Shown here: positions 58,462 to 64,000 of the stretch, piece by piece
Layout of the letters: each line of letters starts with the position of its first letter
Numbering within the stretch: position 1 is the stretch's first letter
NCBI GenBank assembly: GCA_034428415.1
Contig: DAOUHS010000149.1
Coordinates: 8,990 to 72,989, forward strand
DNA: 64,000 bases
Direction: 5' to 3'
From: Dehalococcoidia bacterium
Lineage (GTDB): Bacteria; Chloroflexota; Dehalococcoidia; Bin125
The notes under the pieces: model-generated
What the model was told of the DNA's origin: nothing
What the model saw: the letters and a program-made list of their open reading frames with translations, nothing else
Databases searched by the model: none
Position numbers and translations under genes: made by a program

Positions 58462-60336
58462 ATGTCGGTAGCGGAGGAAGTCAAGGCGAAGATCGACATC
58501 GTCGACCTGATCGCCGCCGAGGTCCCGCTCAAGCGGAGCGGCTCCTCTTTCAAGGCTCCCTGTCCCTTCCACGCCGAGAAAACGCCCTCGTTCATCGTCA
58601 ACCCCGATCGCCAGACCTGGCACTGTTTTGGCGCATGCTCCGAGGGTGGCGACATCTTCAGCTGGGAGATGAAGCGGCACAACGTCGATTTCCGCGAAGC
58701 GTTGCAACGCTTGGCCCAACGCGCCGGCGTCCAGCTTCGGCCACGGACGCCCGAGCAGGCGCAACGGGACGAACAGCGCCAGCGGCTGATTCGGGCCAAT
58801 GATGCCGCGTTGCACTTCTGGCGCGCTCAACTCCAGGAAACCTCCACCGGTCGCGAGGCGCAGGTGTATCTGCGTGAACGGGGCATCTCCACGGATGCGG
58901 CTCAGCGCTTCAACCTCGGTCTGGCCGGTTCGGAGCCGAACGGATTGGTCCACCACCTTTCGGCCCGAGGCCACCGCGCCGAGGATGCAGTGGCGGCCGG
59001 ACTCATCCTGAACACCGAGAGCGGCCCGCGCGACCGCTTCCGTGACCGCTTGATCTTCCCCATCCGTAACGGGCGAAGCGAGACCGTGGGATTCGGTGGC
59101 CGCACCTTGATCGACGATCCGGCCAAGTACATTAATACGCCTGAATCGGACCTCTTCCGCAAGCGTGACCTGCTCTATGGGCTCGACTTGGCCCGGTCCG
59201 CAATCCGCGAGTCCGGCTCCGTGATCATCGTTGAGGGCTACACCGATGTGATGAGCGCCCACGAATACGGCAGTCCGAACACGGTCGCCTCAATGGGAAC
59301 CGCGTTGACCGAGACGCAGGTCGGACTTCTCAAGCCGCTCGCAACCGACATTCGCCTGGCTCTCGACCCCGACGCCGCGGGCCAGGCAGCGGCGCGACGC
59401 GGGATCGATACAGCACGCCAGGCGATCGGCGCCGAGCAGCGCGTCGCGACCGACTTCCATCGCGTCGGCGCCCTCCAGAACCAACTCTCCAACGACATCA
59501 GGATCATTCCCTTGCCCGAAGGCCGAGACCCGGACGCTTTGATTCGATCCGAGCCTGAACTCTGGCAACAACTGGTCGACACCGCCCCGACGTTCCTCGA
59601 CTGGCTCGTCGATCACGCCAAAAGCGTCCATGACCTCGACAGCCCTCGAGGTCGAGCGGATTTCATCGATTACCTGATGCCAACGATTCGTACCATCGGT
59701 CACGCCGTGATGCGCGAGGAGTACATCCGCCGCGTCGCAGCCTGGGCTCGTGTGGAGCCAACTGCGCTGCTAACGAGGTACTCAGCCCCAGCGCCGGCCG
59801 TCGCGGCATCCGCGTCTCACGGCTCGCAGGGCGCAGAGCGCAAGGGCGACCGCCAACAGACCTTCATCGTCCAGGTGGCGCTCAGCCATCGGTCCGCCTG
59901 CGATGCCATCGACGATGACGTCCTCGAATTGATCGAGAATTCGGAAGATCGTGCCATTCTCAGCGCCAGAGTCGTCTCGGCAGAGACCTCCTGGGCTGAC
60001 CACTTGACTGATTCCGGCCAGCGAATCTCGCAACTGTTACGTGACGCGAAGCATCTTCCGCCCTACAGTGACGCGGAGGCCGCCGCGGCCGTCGAAGATG
60101 CCGCCAATCGCATCAGAAGAAATCGCAGCAAAGAGGGCCTTCGCCTGAAAAACCTTGCAATAGGCGAACGCGAACGCGAACTCGGAGCCAACCAGCTCGC
60201 GCACGCCGCCGTGATGCTCGACCACAGCGATGTTCGCGACCCCGATTCCGACCTCGCTGAGGCCGCAGGGACAGTCGTACACACCCGAAACGAAGCCAGG
60301 GATCTGCATCAAGCCTCCCGTTCTGGCGCTGCTTGA
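58462..60336 (+). CDS. dnaG: DNA primase
   Basis: Zinc-ribbon CPFHAEKTPSF...WHCFGC, TOPRIM domain (IVEGYTDV), and a C-terminal helicase-interaction region. Confidence 0.95.
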   Translation: MSVAEEVKAKIDIVDLIAAEVPLKRSGSSFKAPCPFHAEKTPSFIVNPDRQTWHCFGACSEGGDIFSWEMKRHNVDFREALQRLAQRAGVQLRPRTPEQAQRDEQRQRLIRANDAALHFWRAQLQETSTGREAQVYLRERGISTDAAQRFNLGLAGSEPNGLVHHLSARGHRAEDAVAAGLILNTESGPRDRFRDRLIFPIRNGRSETVGFGGRTLIDDPAKYINTPESDLFRKRDLLYGLDLARSAIRESGSVIIVEGYTDVMSAHEYGSPNTVASMGTALTETQVGLLKPLATDIRLALDPDAAGQAAARRGIDTARQAIGAEQRVATDFHRVGALQNQLSNDIRIIPLPEGRDPDALIRSEPELWQQLVDTAPTFLDWLVDHAKSVHDLDSPRGRADFIDYLMPTIRTIGHAVMREEYIRRVAAWARVEPTALLTRYSAPAPAVAASASHGSQGAERKGDRQQTFIVQVALSHRSACDAIDDDVLELIENSEDRAILSARVVSAETSWADHLTDSGQRISQLLRDAKHLPPYSDAEAAAAVEDAANRIRRNRSKEGLRLKNLAIGERERELGANQLAHAAVMLDHSDVRDPDSDLAEAAGTVVHTRNEARDLHQASRSGAA

Positions 60337-60388
60337 TGCTGCAGAAACGCTCCGACGCACGGGGACCAGTTGAGAAGGGACCACAAAC

Positions 60389-62497
60389 ATGGTGATCGCT
60401 CGAAACGCCGCCGCCGGTGCAACTACGGAAGTCGCTCCACCAACGACCGAGACTCCGTCCGGCTCACAGTCGAGTCTCCCCGCGCCCGCCTCGTCAAACG
60501 GTGCAGAGCAACTGACCGGTAAGCCTCCGAGCGGCCACAAGAAATCTGCTCTGGCCACGACCGCCGGCAGCCTTGCGCTCCGTGCACGCGAGGCTGATGT
60601 TTCCAATCACCTCGTCGGCAATCTGCGACACTTGGTCCGCGATCAACTCGGTGACCGCCGAGTAACCGCCGAAGCCCCGGGACAACGCAAGCCTCGAGCC
60701 GTCGCGAAGTCCGAGGAGGAAGCACGGGTCCGCGCTCTGACGGCCCCGGTTGACGAGTTCTCGATGCCCGCCGGTCGCCGAACCATCAACTTGGCCGAGC
60801 AACCAAAACGAACCACGAAAAAGTCAACCAAGGCAGCTCCCACGCCGAAGAAGGCCGCCGAGCGGCGCAACCAGGCCAAAATGCACGAGGAGCGCCAAAT
60901 CTCCCACGCCTCGGTGGCCAGTTTCACCCTGACCGGAGAAGAGAGCGAGGAGGAGGTCAACTCCCTCGGCGAACTCCTCGGCGTACTCGAACGTCCGCTG
61001 CAGCCCAAACCCGAGCCTGCGCCGAAACAGACCGGTCGCCGAAGTCGGAGCGGAAAGTCCCGCGGCCGAGGTAGGGGCAGAGGCAAGTCCGAGCCAGCCG
61101 CTCCGCCAACGCCTTCCGTCGACCTCTATGGCCGGAGCAAGGCAGTCAGCTCGCGCCGAATCATCGAAATGCGCAAGGAAGGCCGGCAGGGCGTTCACGA
61201 GGAAGCCGAAGGCGTCGACGATCCCGTGCGCATGTACCTCCGCGAGATCGGACGGGTCAACCTGCTCACGGCGCAGGATGAGCGGCACCTCTCCCGACAG
61301 ATGGAGGAAGGCAACTGGATCCGCGATTTCGAGGAAGAGTGGCGCATTCTCAACGGTCGTTGGCCGACCGCAATCGAAATCACCATCTTCTTGCTGCTGC
61401 AACTGGAGTCGCTGCTGCCTGAAATCGCCGTGATCGCCGATGAAATCGGCAAGTCTGATCTCTCGCTGTTCGATCTGACCAAAGACGCGGACTTCCGCGA
61501 CCGTGTTGATCAGGAGATGGACCCCGAACTGCGCGAGGCCTTGATCAACAAGTTCCAACCGGTCGATGAAGAGTACGACGAAGCCAGAGCCGAAGAACGA
61601 CTCGTCCAAGTCTCGGTCGTGACCCATATCTTCGACCAGCGCCACGTCCGCCACCTGCTTCGGGCTGCCGGCGGTGTCGACCAGCTAATCCCTTGTCCGC
61701 CCGATCTCGATTCGAGTTTGGAACCGATCAGCTTGCGCTGCGAGCGCCACGTCGGCGTGCTCAAGGAAGACGCCTACCTCTCGGAGAAGCGTCTGACCGA
61801 AGCCAACCTCCGGCTCGTCGTCTCGGTTGCCAAGAAGTACATTGGCCGCGGCATGTCGATGCTGGACTTGATCCAGGAAGGAAACATCGGGCTTGTCCGC
61901 GCCGTCGAGAAGTTCGACTACCGCAAGGGGTACAAGTTCTCCACCTACGCCACCTGGTGGATTCGCCAGGCCATCACCCGGGCAATCGCCGACCAGGCCC
62001 GCACGATCCGCATCCCGGTGCATATGGTCGAGACCATCAACAAGCAGGTTCGCGTCTCGCGACGGCTGGTCCAGGAACTCGGCCGGGAGCCGACCTATGA
62101 GGAGATTGGCCAGGGCATGGGCGTCGACGCCCAGCGCGTCCGCGAGATCATCAAAGTCTCACAGGAACCGGTCTCCCTCGAAACACCGATCGGCGAAGAG
62201 GACGACAGTCACCTCGGCGATTTCGTCGAAGACGAGAAGATGGTCGCTCCCGACGCAGCGGCCGGCCAACAACTGCTCAAGGAGACTGTCGGCGCCGTGC
62301 TCGGCTCGCTCTCACCGCGGGAGCGCCAGGTGTTGGAGTTGCGCTTCGGTCTTGGCGACGGCCGCGCCCGCACGTTGGAAGAGGTCGGTCGCGACTTCGA
62401 CGTCACTCGCGAGCGCATCCGCCAGATCGAAGCCAAGGCCCTTCGACAGCTCCGCCACCCGACCAGAGCCACCCGCCTGCGTGACTACATCGAGTAG
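60389..62497 (+). CDS. sigA: Primary RNA polymerase sigma factor (sigma-70/HrdB type) with a long low-complexity N-terminal region
   Basis: Regions 1.2 to 4.2 are present: [37 protein letters not shown] and C-terminal region 4.2 [25 protein letters not shown]. An Ala/Pro/Lys/Arg-rich N-terminus of about 250 aa precedes them; exact start uncertain. Confidence 0.9.
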   Translation: MVIARNAAAGATTEVAPPTTETPSGSQSSLPAPASSNGAEQLTGKPPSGHKKSALATTAGSLALRAREADVSNHLVGNLRHLVRDQLGDRRVTAEAPGQRKPRAVAKSEEEARVRALTAPVDEFSMPAGRRTINLAEQPKRTTKKSTKAAPTPKKAAERRNQAKMHEERQISHASVASFTLTGEESEEEVNSLGELLGVLERPLQPKPEPAPKQTGRRSRSGKSRGRGRGRGKSEPAAPPTPSVDLYGRSKAVSSRRIIEMRKEGRQGVHEEAEGVDDPVRMYLREIGRVNLLTAQDERHLSRQMEEGNWIRDFEEEWRILNGRWPTAIEITIFLLLQLESLLPEIAVIADEIGKSDLSLFDLTKDADFRDRVDQEMDPELREALINKFQPVDEEYDEARAEERLVQVSVVTHIFDQRHVRHLLRAAGGVDQLIPCPPDLDSSLEPISLRCERHVGVLKEDAYLSEKRLTEANLRLVVSVAKKYIGRGMSMLDLIQEGNIGLVRAVEKFDYRKGYKFSTYATWWIRQAITRAIADQARTIRIPVHMVETINKQVRVSRRLVQELGREPTYEEIGQGMGVDAQRVREIIKVSQEPVSLETPIGEEDDSHLGDFVEDEKMVAPDAAAGQQLLKETVGAVLGSLSPRERQVLELRFGLGDGRARTLEEVGRDFDVTRERIRQIEAKALRQLRHPTRATRLRDYIE

Positions 62498-62505
62498 CCG
62501 GACGC

Positions 62506-62982
62506 TTGGCTCCAACCATGTGGCAAGACATCGTCAATCTGCTGCGCCGTTCGGGCCTCCTCAGGCCGATCGAAGAGTTCGCCGTCCGAATGACCGGCTA
62601 CTCGGTCATGGGACGGATGATCACCTGGAACGAAGGCGTTCCCTATGTCGACTCTTTGATGCTTCGATCCGTAGGAGCAAAGTCCGGCGACCTGCGAGAC
62701 GCCGTGCTCTTCTATGTTTCCGACGATCAGAGCTGGGTGATCATCGGCTCAGTCGGCGGCGGACCTAAGCACCCGTCCTGGGTCCACAATCTCCGCGCCA
62801 ACCCGCATGCCTGGGTATTCGTCAATCGCAAGCGACACCCGGTCGAGGCGGAGTTCCTCGAGGGCGATGAGCGCGAGCGTCTCTGGGCGGCAGCAGCCAA
62901 GGTCTGGCCGCCGTACGTTCAGTACGCCGTACGGGCGCAGCCGCGCACCATTGAAGTCATCCGGCTCAACCCAAGCGCCTGA
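62506..62982 (+). CDS. Deazaflavin (F420H2)-dependent nitroreductase-family protein (DUF385/Ddn family)
   Basis: Motif GGGPKHPSWVHNLRANP matches the Ddn-family signature (GG.PK.P.W..NL.ANP); 158 aa split-barrel. Confidence 0.75.
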   Translation: MAPTMWQDIVNLLRRSGLLRPIEEFAVRMTGYSVMGRMITWNEGVPYVDSLMLRSVGAKSGDLRDAVLFYVSDDQSWVIIGSVGGGPKHPSWVHNLRANPHAWVFVNRKRHPVEAEFLEGDERERLWAAAAKVWPPYVQYAVRAQPRTIEVIRLNPSA

Positions 62983-63903
62983 CTACAGCGTCGGCGCCAG
63001 CGAACCCAGGAACTCTTCGGTCCGCGTTCGCTCGCCATCGCGGCCGAAGACGACACCGACGAAGTCTGTCGTACCGGCATCCTTGAGCTGGCGCAACTGC
63101 GTCTCGATCTGTTCCTCGGTACCGAGAACGGCTACGTCCTCCGGATGGGCTGCCCCCTGCTTGTCCAGCATCGATCGATACGACGGCAGTCGTTCGTAGT
63201 TGGCGAACTGCTCGGCCGCGGTTGCGCGAGCGCTATCGACATCCGAACTCAGCATGACCGGCAACCCGACCACAATCCGCGGGTGCGGCCGGCCAGCTTC
63301 TTCGGCGGCCGCGTTCATCGCCGGCGCGATGTAGGACTCCACCACACCGGCCGCGGTCATCCACAAGATGGTGCCGTCGGTGCGGGAGCCGGCGAGGCGG
63401 AGCATTGCCGGGCCCATGGCAGCGAGCATGCAGGAGACGGGTTTCTCAGCGTCAGGGATGTCCAAGCTGACCTGGCCTCGGTAGTGGTCGCCGTCGGTCT
63501 GGACGGGTTCTCCATTGAGCAGGGGGAGGAGAACGTCCAGGTATTCCTTCATATGCCGCGCAGGACGGTCGAACGAGTAACCGAACATCCCCTCGATCAC
63601 GATCTTGTGCGAAAGACCGATACCCATCACGAAGCGCCGTCCGCCCGAAGCCGCCTGGACCGTGAGCGCCTGTTGCGCCATCGCATGCGGATGCCGCGGA
63701 TAGGTCGGTACGACGGCCGTCATCAGCTCGATCCGCTCCGTCTGAGCGCCAGCGAGCGTCAACGCTCCCATCGCGTCGTGAGAGAAGATATTGGCCATCC
63801 CAAACGTCGAGAAACCGGCCGCTTCGGCCGCTTGCGCTTGCTCAACGATGCTCTGCACGCTCGGCGCCGGTCCGGCTCCGCCGATGAAGATTCCGATCTG
63901 CAT
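62983..63903 (-). CDS. Luciferase-like monooxygenase-family (LLM class) F420-dependent oxidoreductase
   Basis: MQIGIFIGG...FSTFGMANIF TIM-barrel LLM signature; 306 aa. Confidence 0.75.
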   Translation of the reverse strand: MQIGIFIGGAGPAPSVQSIVEQAQAAEAAGFSTFGMANIFSHDAMGALTLAGAQTERIELMTAVVPTYPRHPHAMAQQALTVQAASGGRRFVMGIGLSHKIVIEGMFGYSFDRPARHMKEYLDVLLPLLNGEPVQTDGDHYRGQVSLDIPDAEKPVSCMLAAMGPAMLRLAGSRTDGTILWMTAAGVVESYIAPAMNAAAEEAGRPHPRIVVGLPVMLSSDVDSARATAAEQFANYERLPSYRSMLDKQGAAHPEDVAVLGTEEQIETQLRQLKDAGTTDFVGVVFGRDGERTRTEEFLGSLAPTL

Positions 63904-64000
63904 GTCATGCCTCCAGCATTGGCTTGATTACGAAGGTCGAACCAGGATGCGTCCCCTGACGCCGCCGGCGAGGATTTTCGACGCCGCCTCGGGCACGCCT

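Noticed and set aside
58204-59262. 352-aa ORF on the minus strand
   Set aside because: Lies entirely antisense to the well-supported dnaG gene; a typical long antisense ORF in a high-GC genome with no motif.
63145-63927. 260-aa plus-strand ORF
   Set aside because: Antisense to the LLM F420-dependent oxidoreductase gene; no motif.

Overview
High-GC (~63-65%) bacterial chromosomal window, densely coding and dominated by conserved housekeeping genes. These cover translation (lepA, thrS, infC-rpmI-rplT, pheST, alaS, efp, rluB), a shikimate cluster (aroE, aroC, fused aroK-aroB, aroQ) in an actinobacterial-style alaS-ruvX-mltG-aro arrangement, isoprenoid genes (ispE, ispH), cell-wall precursor genes (glmU, glmS, mltG), DNA metabolism (dprA-topA-xerC, xseAB, dnaG-sigA) and acetyl-CoA carboxylase parts (accC-BCCP). 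Three tRNAs (Leu-UAG, Lys-CUU, Val-GAC) and a probable long-form SRP RNA (ffs) are present, and none of these RNA genes appears in the ORF track. No CRISPR array, IS element or prophage is visible. Two F420-type enzymes (a Ddn/DUF385 nitroreductase and a luciferase-like oxidoreductase), the long SRP RNA and the actinobacterial-like aro synteny suggest a Terrabacteria lineage, possibly Chloroflexota (Thermomicrobia-like) or Actinobacteria; this is inference. The least-explained parts are: a 475-aa uncharacterised protein between ksgA and lepA; the accessory-looking stretch 43.25-47.05 kb (AT-rich spacer, divergent PurN-like formyltransferase, small ORF, signal-peptide protein with four lamin-tail domains); an acidic membrane-anchored Ig/CARDB-repeat protein; an AT-rich 480-bp region upstream of dnaG-sigA with repeated ACCTGAA motifs; and a PHP phosphoesterase next to a stand-alone epsilon-like exonuclease at the window start. 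Many long antisense ORFs in the track are high-GC artefacts.
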